A stretch of DNA of 49,639 nt from an uncultured Gammaproteobacteria bacterium (GTDB taxonomy: Bacteria > Pseudomonadota > Gammaproteobacteria > JABCZS01): contig CAYUEL010000003.1 of assembly GCA_964443025.1 (NCBI GenBank), positions 1 through 49,639 on the forward strand, given 5' to 3'. The notes below the pieces were generated by a model. It searched no databases. It was not told where the DNA came from and saw only the letters and a program-made list of their open reading frames with translations. The position numbers were made by a program, and so were the translations under genes. Numbering within the stretch: position 1 is the first letter of the stretch; each line of letters opens with the position of its first letter. Positions 34,396 to 46,095 of this stretch are shown here, piece after piece.

Positions 34396-34602
34396 TTAGT
34401 GTTCATTCGCATCATGAAGTTTAAAAATTGCGCTGCAATAAGGACATTCGGCTTCACCTGTTTTTTCGATGGGTAAGTAAACGCGCGGATGACTATTCCA
34501 TGAAGCCATGCTGGGCATGGGGCAACTCAGGGGTAAATCTTTGTGAGTCACACGGTATTCACGGGCCGCATTAGCCAAGGTTTTATCGGATTTCGACACC
34601 AT
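34396..34602 (-). CDS. zinc-finger (CHCC-type) domain protein
   Basis: The C-terminal HPRVYL..GEAECPYCSAIFKL is typical of the small zf-CHCC family. ATG 34602 has AGGAG upstream. The track extension was trimmed. Confidence 0.6.
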   Translation of the reverse strand: MVSKSDKTLANAAREYRVTHKDLPLSCPMPSMASWNSHPRVYLPIEKTGEAECPYCSAIFKLHDANEH

Positions 34603-34647
34603 AGCGCTCCTGTTGTACAGGATGAGCATTATACCATAATGACAACA

Positions 34648-35571
34648 TCAAATAAGCACCGACCAATCAGGGAAAGTGGCTTTGCGGCAAAGGACTTGTT
34701 CGTAGAAAAGTTCCTTTAATTTCAAGGTGATAGGGCCAGGTTTTCCCTTGCCAATCACACGATCATCGATTTCGCGAATAGGGGTGACTTCCACCGCCGT
34801 ACCGCACAAAAAGGCTTCATCGGCAATGTAAGCTTCATCACGCGTGATGCGACGCTGAACCACTTCATAACCCGCGTCCATAGCAAGCTTAATGATACCG
34901 TCGCGGGTAATACCTTCTAAACAATTATCAGCCGGTGGCGTAATTAATACCCCATCACGAACCATGAAAAAATTAGCCGAGCTGGCTTCGGATAAATAAC
35001 CTTCCGTATCCAACATCAAAGCTTCGTCATAACCCATGCGCGACACTTCTTGGCTGGCTTGCGTGCACATAATGTATTGTCCGCACGATTTCGCTTTGGT
35101 AAATGCCGCATTCGGATGATGACGCACATACGATGAAAACTTTGCACGAACACCGTTCTTCAATTGATCTTCGCCTAAATAAGCGCCCCAATGCCAAACG
35201 GCAATCATCACATACACTTTCGTTTCAGGTTTGATACGCAAACCGAGTGCGCTGTGATCATTGAATACCAAGGGCCGAATATAAGCTTCTTTTAAATTAT
35301 TTTTTTTAATCGTATCGATTTGTGCTTGAATAATCTCATCGTAAGTGAAGGGGATGGTCATCCCTAAAATCTTTGCAGAATTAAATAAACGTTTGGTATG
35401 TGCGTGTAAACGAAAAATGGCGGTACCCTTATCGGTTTTATAAGCACGCACCCCCTCAAATACACCGGAACCATAATGCAATGTGTGCGTCATCACATGT
35501 ATTTTTGCGTTTTCGGCTTTAACAAATTCACCGTTCAACCAAATAAATCCATCCGTTTGTGGTAATGCCAT
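34648..35571 (-). CDS. ilvE: branched-chain amino acid aminotransferase
   Basis: 307 aa with full-length class IV aminotransferase similarity (..HYGSGVFEGVRAY.., ..EASSANFF..). Confidence 0.93.
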   Translation of the reverse strand: MALPQTDGFIWLNGEFVKAENAKIHVMTHTLHYGSGVFEGVRAYKTDKGTAIFRLHAHTKRLFNSAKILGMTIPFTYDEIIQAQIDTIKKNNLKEAYIRPLVFNDHSALGLRIKPETKVYVMIAVWHWGAYLGEDQLKNGVRAKFSSYVRHHPNAAFTKAKSCGQYIMCTQASQEVSRMGYDEALMLDTEGYLSEASSANFFMVRDGVLITPPADNCLEGITRDGIIKLAMDAGYEVVQRRITRDEAYIADEAFLCGTAVEVTPIREIDDRVIGKGKPGPITLKLKELFYEQVLCRKATFPDWSVLI

Positions 35572-35585
35572 TTAAGTTCCCTCCT

Positions 35586-36944
35586 TTAATGTTCTGCGTA
35601 CCCAATAAGATAAACTCCCAGATCTTTACGTTCTTCGTCTGTCATTGGAAATGTCGGCATGGGTGGTGTTGGATTCGCTAAAAATTCTGTCATTGCATTT
35701 AAATTATATTTAGCTGCCAGATTTTCAAGTGGTAATGTTTTTTCATGACACACCGCACAATTAAATTTTTCATATAACACTTTTCCGCGTGCAGCACGTT
35801 CAATACGTTCTGATTGAGGCATACGTTGTAAAGGATTGGCATATTGAGGTTTGGCAGGTGCGGGTAAATTTAAACCGGTTGTTTGTTCATCAATCGCAAT
35901 ACGATATATATTATTCGCATAATCATCGGTGATATAAATCGCACCATCCGGACCTTGCGCCACACCCACGGGTCGTCCATACACTTTTTGATCGGATTCA
36001 CGCAGGAATCCCGTTAAAAAATCACGTTCGATGATATTGCCTTGATCATCCCAATGCAACGTAATAACTTTATATCCCACTTTTTTCGTACTATTCCATG
36101 AGCCGTGTAACGCCACTACTGCCGTACGTTCCCCCTGTAAAAACTCAATCCCTAACGGTGCCACATGCGGTTGTAATTCATACACCGGCGGAATGGTGAT
36201 GGCGATCATTTCTTTTGCTTTTTTAGAATTTCCAAATAATGGATCGGGAACAACATTTCCATTCGCATAGGGCCAACCGTAAAATCCCCCTTGTTCTACT
36301 TCAATTAATGTATCGGGTGGAAAATCATCGCCCAGTAAATCGCGCGCATTGACTACCGCATAGAATTTATGATTAAACGGCGCCCAATTAAAATCAACGG
36401 CATTACGAACGCCCGTTGCAACTACTTCATAACCACTGCCATCGGGACGAAATCGTTCGATCGATGCATAACGCGGACTTCTTTCCATGCAAGAATTACA
36501 GGTTGATCCAATGCCTAAATACATCCAACCGTCATGAAAACGTAATGCGCGTCTTTCATGACTGATTTGATCCGGAATTCCCGAAACAACCACTTCAGGT
36601 TCGCCTATTTCTCCTGTTTCATGATTGTATTTCATGCGAATAATTTGGGTTACTTCCGCAATGTATAAATAATCTTCATGAAAATCTAAGCCATGAGGGC
36701 GATCAAGATTATCAATTAATGTGCGCTGGCTTTTGGCTTGCGGTTCAATGACATAAACCGAGCCGGTGTTCGGCGAACTGACCAACAAACGACCCTGTTT
36801 ATCAAAGCGAGGAACCCGTGCGTTTTCAATGTTATCCGCATACAACGTAACAGAATAACCTTCGGCGGGGATTAATGTATTGTACGCTGCGATTGCAGGC
36901 AGAAAGTAAGAAAGCAATATTAAGCTGATGAAAATAAAGCGCAT
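35586..36944 (-). CDS. PQQ-dependent sugar (sorbosone/glucose) dehydrogenase with a C-terminal cytochrome c domain
   Basis: Signal peptide, beta-propeller motifs (RPHGLDF, GFYGWPY, HVAPLGIEF, GPDGAIYITDD) and the heme-binding CAVCH. Confidence 0.8.
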   Translation of the reverse strand: MRFIFISLILLSYFLPAIAAYNTLIPAEGYSVTLYADNIENARVPRFDKQGRLLVSSPNTGSVYVIEPQAKSQRTLIDNLDRPHGLDFHEDYLYIAEVTQIIRMKYNHETGEIGEPEVVVSGIPDQISHERRALRFHDGWMYLGIGSTCNSCMERSPRYASIERFRPDGSGYEVVATGVRNAVDFNWAPFNHKFYAVVNARDLLGDDFPPDTLIEVEQGGFYGWPYANGNVVPDPLFGNSKKAKEMIAITIPPVYELQPHVAPLGIEFLQGERTAVVALHGSWNSTKKVGYKVITLHWDDQGNIIERDFLTGFLRESDQKVYGRPVGVAQGPDGAIYITDDYANNIYRIAIDEQTTGLNLPAPAKPQYANPLQRMPQSERIERAARGKVLYEKFNCAVCHEKTLPLENLAAKYNLNAMTEFLANPTPPMPTFPMTDEERKDLGVYLIGYAEH

Positions 36945-36968
36945 GGGTTATTATACATTTTTTGATTC

Positions 36969-37051
36969 GTCATTGCGAGACCGTGAGGTCGAAGCAATCC
37001 ATTCATGCCTACATGGATTGCTTCGTCGTGCTGCGCACTCCTCGCAATGAC
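36969..37051. repeat. 83-bp nested-palindrome intergenic repeat, family A copy 2
   Basis: GTCATTGCGAG..CGAAGCAATCC..GGATTGCTTCG..CTCGCAATGAC. It lies 10 nt downstream of the groEL stop on the minus strand. Confidence 0.85.
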
Positions 37052-37060
37052 AACCTGCCT

Positions 37061-38719
<1,659 letters not shown>

Positions 38720-38743
38720 CTATAATATCAATATCGTATGTAT

Positions 38744-39043
38744 TTAAGCTTCAATAACACCCATGATGTCTTCTTCGCGCATCACGAGGTATTCGCTTTC
38801 ACCCAACTTCACTTCTGTACCGGCATATTTGCCGAAAAGAACACTGTCGCCCACTTTCACATCTAAAGGACGATTCTCACCACTCTCTAACAGTTTGCCT
38901 GTACCAATGGCAATAACCTTGCCACGCATGGGCTTTTCTTTCGCACTGTCAGGAATATAAATACCGCCTGCGGATTTTTCTTCCTCTTCAATGCGTTCGA
39001 TGATTACACGATCGTGTAATGGACGAATTTTCAATTTAGCCAT
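38744..39043 (-). CDS. groS: co-chaperonin GroES
   Basis: [14 protein letters not shown]-type sequence, 99 aa, immediately upstream of groEL. Confidence 0.97.
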   Translation of the reverse strand: MAKLKIRPLHDRVIIERIEEEEKSAGGIYIPDSAKEKPMRGKVIAIGTGKLLESGENRPLDVKVGDSVLFGKYAGTEVKLGESEYLVMREEDIMGVIEA

Positions 39044-39086
39044 ATCAACGTCTCCAAATACTGGTTAACTTTTACTAGTACACAGA

Positions 39087-39113
39087 ATGGGGATACTTTA
39101 CTTAGATTTCAAG
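39087..39113 (-). promoter_or_regulatory. sigma32 (heat-shock) promoter of groESL
   Basis: On the minus strand, CTTGAAA (39107-39113) is followed by a 14-nt spacer and CCCCAT (39087-39092). This matches the consensus CTTGAAA-N13-14-CCCCATNT. Confidence 0.6.
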
Positions 39114-39119
39114 ACTTCT

Positions 39120-39146
39120 TTAGCACTCCCACCTCTTGAGTGCCAA
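39120..39146. promoter_or_regulatory. CIRCE element (HrcA operator)
   Basis: TTAGCACTC-N9-GAGTGCCAA matches the consensus TTAGCACTC-N9-GAGTGCTAA at 17 of 18 positions. Confidence 0.75.
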
Positions 39147-39174
39147 TCATCAAGGATTTACGCGAAGATGTCAA
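39146..39174 (-). promoter_or_regulatory. candidate upstream sigma70 promoter reading into CIRCE
   Basis: On the minus strand, TTGACA (39169-39174) is followed by a 17-nt spacer and GATGAT (39146-51). CIRCE would then sit at the transcription start. Confidence 0.4.
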
Positions 39175-39338
39175 GTGACGCTACCGGGAAGCTCGCTAGC
39201 GCGGCCGCGAAGACCCATCACCAATCAGAGGATTGCATGGTATTGATTTTTCCGTGGAATCTGTCATTTTATGCTTGTGCTTAACAAACACGAACCCTTA
39301 TAATTGAAATATAAGCTAGTTATCCATGTAGGTGAATT

Positions 39339-40883
39339 ATGCCCGATCCAACAAGTACTCCAGCAGCTCCTTTAAGCCCTAAACAAAAATATGATCAGCT
39401 TATTAAAATTCGCGAATTCAAAGAAAAGATGATGGAAGATCGTGTCGATGCAAAAGGCAACCCTGTTGTGGGTGTATTGAACGGCATCGATGCAGCACAC
39501 AACCAGATCATAGCAAATCGCACCGGCAGCGTCGCAGGCAATGAAGCTCATTATCGAGGTTTTTTCAATCAGCTTAACCACCTAGACAATGGTATGTTGG
39601 GCGTTGTTGCAGGTATGGACCCAGCAGCCAAAGCCGATGTTGAACGTGCAAATACTGCCAATGAAGCTGCAAATTATCCCAACCGACAAATCTATGTGGG
39701 TTATGAAGGACTGATATCGCAGGAAGATCTCATGCAAAACATGAGCGGGGCCGATCGGTTAAGAATAGTTGCAGGCCGTGCTAGTGTAATGGAAGTTATT
39801 GGGAGTGATCCTGTTATGAAGGTGGCTTCAGCCATCGATGCAAAAGAAGCAGCTCTTGAAGCGGAGTTAAAAGCACTGGATCCCGATAAAATTGTCAATT
39901 GGAATGATAAAGAACGGGTAGAAAATGGTATCAGAAACGAACAAGACTGGAATAAGCTTGTAAGCGATCGGGACAATGCACCGGATGCTGCATCAAGAAA
40001 AGCTGCAGAAGACGCTCTGCAAGTTGCACTGGATAAAGAAAATGCAGCACTTCAAGATATGGCTGTCGCCATTCGCGATTTCCAGATGAATCCTGCTGCT
40101 TCACCAGAACCCCTTGCAAAACGTGTGGCTCTTTTAGAAGAGAAAGCCCAAGGACTCAGCCTTGCAGAAGATTTAATCCGTAATCAACGTCTCCAAGCGG
40201 GTCATGGCGTAGCCTCACCCTATGATTACAACCGCCTCATGGGGATCATGCAAGTTCATATGTCCGTCAACCGTGATCGCAAAAACCCTGGCGTCACTGC
40301 CATGGGCATTCCTAAATTCTTTAGAAGTCTTGATGCCGCTGGCATGTTCGTGGGTGCTTATTTTAGTACGCTCGCGGAAACATTTGGTGAAAGCCGCGAG
40401 CAAGTATTGGAAAGAGGCTTGAACATCGACCACGTCAAAGTAAGGCACAACCCTTATGCCGTTTTGGACTTTCTTGCCGATTCACAAGCCGTTGCTGAAG
40501 CCATGGGCGCAAAAATTAAAATCGATTGGGAGGCTATCATTGAAAGTGCAGATGAGCCGGCCAAAAGCATTATCCGCAGAGAACATGACGTAAACTGGGG
40601 AAAACACATGGATAACGCCAGACAAAGGGTTAGAGATAAAACCGATGTGAAAGAGGGTGAAGATCTGAAAGACGCCGTGGGACGTAAATACATGGGGCAT
40701 AATTGGTATGCGGAAAGCAAAGAAATTAGACATGATCTTAAAGCAGGGGACCAAGGCGCAGCAGCACCCGATCTTGTATTAGGGGCCACACCACCAGGCA
40801 ATGCCAAAAAAGTTGATACGGATACTGATACTGTTAAGAAGACATCTTCTGGCCTTAAACTTGGGGGCGGGAGTAGAGACTAA
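39339..40883 (+). CDS. hypothetical protein (orphan, 514 aa)
   Basis: Long ORF with an AGGTG RBS and an upstream TTGTGC-N18-TATAAT (39275-39304). No signal peptide or recognisable motif. Ala/Asp/Glu-rich with predicted helical or coiled stretches. It looks GC-richer than its neighbours. Confidence 0.6.
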   Translation: MPDPTSTPAAPLSPKQKYDQLIKIREFKEKMMEDRVDAKGNPVVGVLNGIDAAHNQIIANRTGSVAGNEAHYRGFFNQLNHLDNGMLGVVAGMDPAAKADVERANTANEAANYPNRQIYVGYEGLISQEDLMQNMSGADRLRIVAGRASVMEVIGSDPVMKVASAIDAKEAALEAELKALDPDKIVNWNDKERVENGIRNEQDWNKLVSDRDNAPDAASRKAAEDALQVALDKENAALQDMAVAIRDFQMNPAASPEPLAKRVALLEEKAQGLSLAEDLIRNQRLQAGHGVASPYDYNRLMGIMQVHMSVNRDRKNPGVTAMGIPKFFRSLDAAGMFVGAYFSTLAETFGESREQVLERGLNIDHVKVRHNPYAVLDFLADSQAVAEAMGAKIKIDWEAIIESADEPAKSIIRREHDVNWGKHMDNARQRVRDKTDVKEGEDLKDAVGRKYMGHNWYAESKEIRHDLKAGDQGAAAPDLVLGATPPGNAKKVDTDTDTVKKTSSGLKLGGGSRD

Positions 40884-40885
40884 CG

Positions 40886-41368
40886 ATGACCGACAAAGAT
40901 TCTACATTGCCTGAAATTGAACTTGAACAAGCGCTGATTACACGATCAAAAAGCCAGGCCATTGCGGTTGAAATGCTAGATGAAGCCGGAATCATCGAAG
41001 CGTTGATGTATCACTACAACCGTTACCGCGGTCTTAAAGCTTTTTTGTTAGACATTGATTCACATGAAATTGCTTACAAAGGTGTTTCCGCATTTTTAAT
41101 AGCCACATCTCCCGATACACAAGAAAATAGCGAAGATCCGATTGATGGGCTTAAAACATGGATTCTCAATAAACTGGTTGAACTTGATAATAAAAATATC
41201 ACGCTGGTCATTTCTTGCCCTGCCAGTTCATTGTACCGTTTTGCCGATGTAGTGGACAAAGCCGAACCTCCGCTTGCTAACATTGATTTCGCACCATTGC
41301 ATGAATTTGATGAAGTGGTCAATGATGCTCGCATCAAATACGATATCATGCTTATTGAGAGAAAATGA
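40886..41368 (+). CDS. hypothetical small acidic protein (orphan, 160 aa)
   Basis: Starts 2 nt after the 514-aa stop, and its own stop overlaps the dsbD ATG (ATGA). I recognise no motif. Confidence 0.55.
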   Translation: MTDKDSTLPEIELEQALITRSKSQAIAVEMLDEAGIIEALMYHYNRYRGLKAFLLDIDSHEIAYKGVSAFLIATSPDTQENSEDPIDGLKTWILNKLVELDNKNITLVISCPASSLYRFADVVDKAEPPLANIDFAPLHEFDEVVNDARIKYDIMLIERK

Positions 41369-43146
41369 TTTCATCAAAAATAGTTAAACCACTTTTGTTA
41401 TCCTTGTTTTTGATTTCAAGTGCTATTTTCAATACCAGTCTAGCAGCGCCCCAACTGGATGATTTATTTCAACCTGAACGCGGAACAGCATCGACTGATA
41501 TTCCAACGGCTGAACAAGCTTTCGTTGCTTTTGTCGAAAACGTCGATGAAAATGGCGTGACATTGCATTGGTTCATCGCACCCCAAACGTATTTGTATCA
41601 AAAATCACTAAAATTCAATGTAAAGGGAGCTGTGTTAGGTTCGCCAACATTACCGCCCGGTGATTTAATTCACGATCCTTTTTTTGGTGATGTCACGGTT
41701 TACTATCATAATTTAAAAATTTATTTACCCTTTGAAACAGTTCTTCGAGAAAATGTGGTATTAACCATCACGTATCAAGGGTGTCATGAAGCCGGTATTT
41801 GTTATCCACCGCAAACAGACAATATAATGCTTAATCCTACTAGAAGTTTTGAACAAGCGAACATCCAGGATATTCTGAAAGATGTAAACATCCCTCTAAT
41901 ATTGTTGGTATTTTTTGGTTTGGGTTTCTTATTGGCATTAACACCGTGTGTATTACCGATGGTTCCTATTTTATCGGCATTGATTATCGGCGAGCAACAA
42001 AAACATCACCGACTAAACGCTTTTTATTTAGCCATCACTTACGTAATATTCATGGCGTTTACTTATGCAGGATTGGGCGCAATGGTTTCAAGTTTCGGCA
42101 CGCACATTCAAGCACAATTACAAAACCCTATAATATTAAGCATAACTGCCGCTGTTTTACTAATCATGGCTTTTTTATTAATCAATGATAAAGCACTACA
42201 CATCATGACGCATTTAAACGGACCCCTTATGCGCATGGCGCATCGCATGGAAGGTGGAAAGTTTATCGGCGTTGCGATGATGGGTATTATTTCTGCATTG
42301 GTTATTTCGCCTTGTGTAACGCCACCATTGGTCGGCGCGTTAACGTACATCACTCTCACGGGTGATGTCATGTTAGGCTCCAGCGCATTATTCGCATTAG
42401 CGATCGGAATGGGCGTACCGCTTATTGCCGTCACATGGTTAGGAACGGCGATTCTTCCCAAGCGGGGTCGTTGGATGCAGCATATTAAGCATGTATTTAG
42501 CGTTTTATTAATAGGTATGGCTATTTATTTATTCAGTCGCTTTTTACCCGGCAATATTATTCTTGTGCTTTGGGGTATGTTATTCATTGGCATTGCTTTT
42601 TGGATCGGCGTATGGCCGCTGAAAAAAACAGCCCTAGAACGTATTTGGCAAGCATTGGCTTGGTTAGCATTACTTTATGGCACAATGAGTGTTGTCGGCG
42701 CTGGCATGGGCAATGAAGATATTCGCAAACCTATTTCAGTTAATGGTACTTTCAAGAATGCACAAAGTGACTCGGTATTACAGTTTACATCGGTGCGATC
42801 GGTTGAAGCATTAGAAAAATCCTTAGCTGATGCACAAAAACAACACAAACGTACCATGGTTTATTTCTATGCTGATTGGTGTACCAGTTGTGGCACGATA
42901 GAACGGTTTGTGTTTACCGATTCAAAGGTTCAACAATTATTAGCCGACGTTGTATTAATCAAAGCAGACATTACCCATATGAATGAACAAACTCGCGCAT
43001 TAATGGACTTGTATCAGGTTTTTGGACCTCCCGCATTTTTATTTTTCAGCCAAGATGGTAAACTGCAAACACATTTTTCCAGGGTGGGTGAGGTTGGGGT
43101 AGAAGACTTTACCAAGAACCTAGAAAGCTGGCAAACTTCTTATTAA
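41365..43146 (+). CDS. dsbD: thiol:disulfide interchange protein DsbD
   Basis: Signal peptide and an N-terminal domain with YQGCHEAGICYPP. The TM core carries Cys motifs (TPCVLPMVP, SPCVTPP). A C-terminal thioredoxin motif WCTSC is present. Confidence 0.9.
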   Translation: MISSKIVKPLLLSLFLISSAIFNTSLAAPQLDDLFQPERGTASTDIPTAEQAFVAFVENVDENGVTLHWFIAPQTYLYQKSLKFNVKGAVLGSPTLPPGDLIHDPFFGDVTVYYHNLKIYLPFETVLRENVVLTITYQGCHEAGICYPPQTDNIMLNPTRSFEQANIQDILKDVNIPLILLVFFGLGFLLALTPCVLPMVPILSALIIGEQQKHHRLNAFYLAITYVIFMAFTYAGLGAMVSSFGTHIQAQLQNPIILSITAAVLLIMAFLLINDKALHIMTHLNGPLMRMAHRMEGGKFIGVAMMGIISALVISPCVTPPLVGALTYITLTGDVMLGSSALFALAIGMGVPLIAVTWLGTAILPKRGRWMQHIKHVFSVLLIGMAIYLFSRFLPGNIILVLWGMLFIGIAFWIGVWPLKKTALERIWQALAWLALLYGTMSVVGAGMGNEDIRKPISVNGTFKNAQSDSVLQFTSVRSVEALEKSLADAQKQHKRTMVYFYADWCTSCGTIERFVFTDSKVQQLLADVVLIKADITHMNEQTRALMDLYQVFGPPAFLFFSQDGKLQTHFSRVGEVGVEDFTKNLESWQTSY

Positions 43147-43212
43147 TTTCGGACATCTTCTGCAAACTTCGTCGAACTAGACAAGATTAAAAGATTCGGG
43201 CATACTGCGGCC

Positions 43213-43650
43213 ATGTTAAACGTTTTATTATTACAGGGCCCCAATTTAAATTTACTCGGTCAACGCGAGCCAGAATTTTATGGGCAAACCACATTAGAGC
43301 AACTTCATCACAAGCTCACTGACATCGCAACAGCGCGATCGATTAAACTCACCTGCAAGCAATCCAACAACGAACACGAGCTTATCGACACGATTCATGC
43401 ATGCATCCATAACGCTTATGATTTTTTGATCATCAATCCTGCTGCATTTACTCATACGAGTATTGCTTTGCGTGATGCATTGCTTGCCGTTAAGATTCCG
43501 TTCATTGAAGTGCATATCAGTAATATTTTTGCGCGAGAGCCTTTTCGCCGCCAATCGTATTTTTCAGATATTGCTATGGGAACAATTACTGGATTAGGTA
43601 TTCAAGGTTACGAATTAGCACTACAAGCCATTACTCATGATAAGGGATAA
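43213..43650 (+). CDS. aroQ: type II 3-dehydroquinate dehydratase
   Basis: [20 protein letters not shown] and [17 protein letters not shown] motifs. 145 aa. Confidence 0.93.
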   Translation: MLNVLLLQGPNLNLLGQREPEFYGQTTLEQLHHKLTDIATARSIKLTCKQSNNEHELIDTIHACIHNAYDFLIINPAAFTHTSIALRDALLAVKIPFIEVHISNIFAREPFRRQSYFSDIAMGTITGLGIQGYELALQAITHDKG

Positions 43651-43652
43651 AC

Positions 43653-44117
43653 ATGGATATACGTAAAGTTAAAAAATTAATCGAGTTGTTGGAAGAATCC
43701 AATTGCGTTGAGTTGGAAATTAAAGAGGGTGAAGAATCGGTGCGTATCAGCCGATCCGGTAATGTGATATCACCATTGCCCATGCAAATGATGGCACCTG
43801 CGCCTCATGCGCCTGCACCCGCCCAAACGATTGCAGAAACACCTGCTCAAACTGCGTCAAAACCCGAGAAAAAAGTGAATGGTCATGAAGTAAAGTCTCC
43901 AATGGTTGGAACGGTTTATCATGCATCCTCACCTGATACCCCGCCGTTTGTACAATTGGGTCAAAGTGTTAAAGCGGGACAAACGTTATGTCTCGTTGAA
44001 GCCATGAAAATGTTTAATCCGATCGAAGCCGACACATCCGGTGTTATTGCCGATATTTTGGTTGAAAATGGCGAACCCGTTGAATATGGACAAACGTTGT
44101 TTGTCATTCAAAAATAA
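43653..44117 (+). CDS. accB: acetyl-CoA carboxylase biotin carboxyl carrier protein
   Basis: Biotinylation motif EAMKM plus a Pro/Ala linker. 154 aa. Confidence 0.93.
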   Translation: MDIRKVKKLIELLEESNCVELEIKEGEESVRISRSGNVISPLPMQMMAPAPHAPAPAQTIAETPAQTASKPEKKVNGHEVKSPMVGTVYHASSPDTPPFVQLGQSVKAGQTLCLVEAMKMFNPIEADTSGVIADILVENGEPVEYGQTLFVIQK

Positions 44118-44141
44118 TTCGTATTTAGGAAATCATTCATC

Positions 44142-45488
44142 ATGTTCAACAAAATTTTAATAGCGAACCGTGGCGAAATTGCATTACGTATTTACCGTGC
44201 TTGTCGAGAACTAGGTGTTCAAACCGTTGCCGTTTACAGCGAAGCTGATCGCAACCTCATGCATGTAAAACTTGCAGATGAATCGGTTTGTATTGGACCT
44301 GCAAGCCCACGTGATAGTTACTTGAATATCCCCGCTATTATTGCTGCTGCGGAAATTACTGATGCCGATGCCATTCATCCAGGTTATGGTTTTCTCGCTG
44401 AAAATGCTGATTTTGCTGAACGTGTGCAGGAAAGTGGTTTTAAATTCATCGGACCTAATGCAGATGCAATTCGACTCATGGGTGATAAAGTTTCTGCCAT
44501 CGAAATGATGAAGAAATCAAAGGTTCCTACCGTACCTGGCTCGGATGGTCCTCTCAGTGATGATAATGAACAAAACAAAAAATTGGCCAATAAAATTGGT
44601 TATCCTGTCATCATCAAAGCGGCCGGTGGTGGCGGTGGACGTGGGATGCGCGTGGTACATTCCGAAGCAACTCTATTGAACGCCATTGCCATGACCAAAC
44701 AAGAAGCTGGTGCGGCATTTGGTAATGATAAGTTATACATGGAAAAGTTTTTACAAAATCCACGTCACATTGAAATTCAAGTGCTTGCAGATGAACATGG
44801 TAATGCATTGTACTTAGGCGAACGTGATTGTTCCATGCAACGTCGCCATCAAAAAATATTAGAAGAAGCGCCCGCACCCGGTATCACTGAAAAACAACGC
44901 AAAGAAATTGGTGAATGTTGTGCGAAAGCTTGTATGAAAATGGGTTATACCGGTGCTGGTACATTTGAATTTTTATACGAGAACGGTGAGTTTTATTTCA
45001 TCGAGATGAATACCCGTGTGCAAGTGGAACATCCCGTCACCGAGATGATCACACGCATTGATATTGTACGTGAACAAATTCGCATTGCTGCGGGTGAAAA
45101 ATTAGGTATTAAGCAAGGTGATATTGAGATACAAGGTCATGCCATTGAATGCCGTATCAATGCGGAAGATGCAAATACTTTTTTACCTTCACCTGGATTG
45201 ATCGAATTATTTCATGCACCGGGTGGTCCTGGTATTCGCGTGGATTCTCACATTTACTCAGGATATAAAGTACCCCCTAATTACGATTCACTCATTGCCA
45301 AGCTTATTGCTTACGGTGAAACACGTGATATTGCAATCGCACGCATGGCGAATGCTTTAGATGAAATTCACATCGAAGGTATTAAAACCAATACGGCATT
45401 GCATCGCAAATTGATGAATGATTCATACTTCCGTCAAGGCGGGACTAACATTCATTATTTAGAAGAAAAACTTGGATTGAAAAAATAA
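44142..45488 (+). CDS. accC: acetyl-CoA carboxylase biotin carboxylase subunit
   Basis: [13 protein letters not shown] at the N-terminus, an ATP-grasp Gly-rich loop GGGGRGMR, and [14 protein letters not shown]. Confidence 0.96.
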   Translation: MFNKILIANRGEIALRIYRACRELGVQTVAVYSEADRNLMHVKLADESVCIGPASPRDSYLNIPAIIAAAEITDADAIHPGYGFLAENADFAERVQESGFKFIGPNADAIRLMGDKVSAIEMMKKSKVPTVPGSDGPLSDDNEQNKKLANKIGYPVIIKAAGGGGGRGMRVVHSEATLLNAIAMTKQEAGAAFGNDKLYMEKFLQNPRHIEIQVLADEHGNALYLGERDCSMQRRHQKILEEAPAPGITEKQRKEIGECCAKACMKMGYTGAGTFEFLYENGEFYFIEMNTRVQVEHPVTEMITRIDIVREQIRIAAGEKLGIKQGDIEIQGHAIECRINAEDANTFLPSPGLIELFHAPGGPGIRVDSHIYSGYKVPPNYDSLIAKLIAYGETRDIAIARMANALDEIHIEGIKTNTALHRKLMNDSYFRQGGTNIHYLEEKLGLKK

Positions 45489-45696
45489 TCTCTATAAAAA
45501 AAATTGTATTGGCGTTTTTTTAAAAATCCTTTATAGTACTCGGTCTGGGCGCAACCCATTAGCAGTAAGAGGGCTTACAGCCCTAAGTATCAAACTCACA
45601 CAGCGTGATGATAGATATCATCGTGCGGATTGTGTGTGCCGTAGCTTGTACAAAAAATGAACAATTGTATAAAATTTGAACAGAGGTGCTTAAAAT

Positions 45697-45978
45697 ATGA
45701 ACTATTCCGCCTTGCCTGTATCACTGGATACACAAGAAACTTCCGACCAATCCACGCCTTTGCGTGAAAGTGTCAAACATTCCATCGAACGCTACTTCGC
45801 TCACCTCGATGGCCAGCAAATTACAGACCTTTATGACATGGTCATTTGTGAAGTAGAAGAACCCTTGCTTCAAACCGTCATGCGCATTACTGGAGGCAAC
45901 CAATCCTTTGCGGCTCGCCTATTGGGTATATCCCGCGGCACATTGCGTAAGAAATTAGAACAGTTTGGCTTGTTATAA
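45697..45978 (+). CDS. fis: DNA-binding protein Fis
   Basis: 93 aa with the C-terminal HTH GNQSFAARLLGISRGTLRKKL. Confidence 0.9.
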   Translation: MNYSALPVSLDTQETSDQSTPLRESVKHSIERYFAHLDGQQITDLYDMVICEVEEPLLQTVMRITGGNQSFAARLLGISRGTLRKKLEQFGLL

Positions 45979-45992
45979 GCGCGCGCCACTCT

Positions 45993-46095
45993 GTCATTCC
46001 TGCGCTTTAGTGTCATTCCTGCGCTTTGCTCCGTCATTCCCGCGCTTTGCTCCGTCATTCCCGCGCTTTGCTCCGTCATTCCCGCGCTTTGCTCC
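45993..46095. repeat. tandem array: one 19-bp unit plus four 21-bp units (GTCATTCC(C/T)GCGCTTTGCTCC)
   Basis: Unit boundaries are 45993, 46012, 46033, 46054 and 46075. The last three units are identical. The array merges into the palindromic element at 46096. Confidence 0.9.

Noticed and set aside
45540-45640. A possible tRNA or sRNA between accC and fis. The hairpins are AGGGC-TTACA-GCCCT and a long imperfect hairpin centred on GATGATA-GA-TATCATC. dusB is also absent upstream of fis.
   Set aside because: There is no cloverleaf, no T-loop or anticodon-arm features, and no clear promoter or terminator pair. It may simply be accC 3-prime UTR or fis upstream structure. The evidence is too weak to call a feature.
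45993-46095. The tandem 21-bp repeats as a CRISPR array.
   Set aside because: The units are directly adjacent with no spacers and are too short. They derive from the arm of the neighbouring palindromic element, and no cas genes are nearby.
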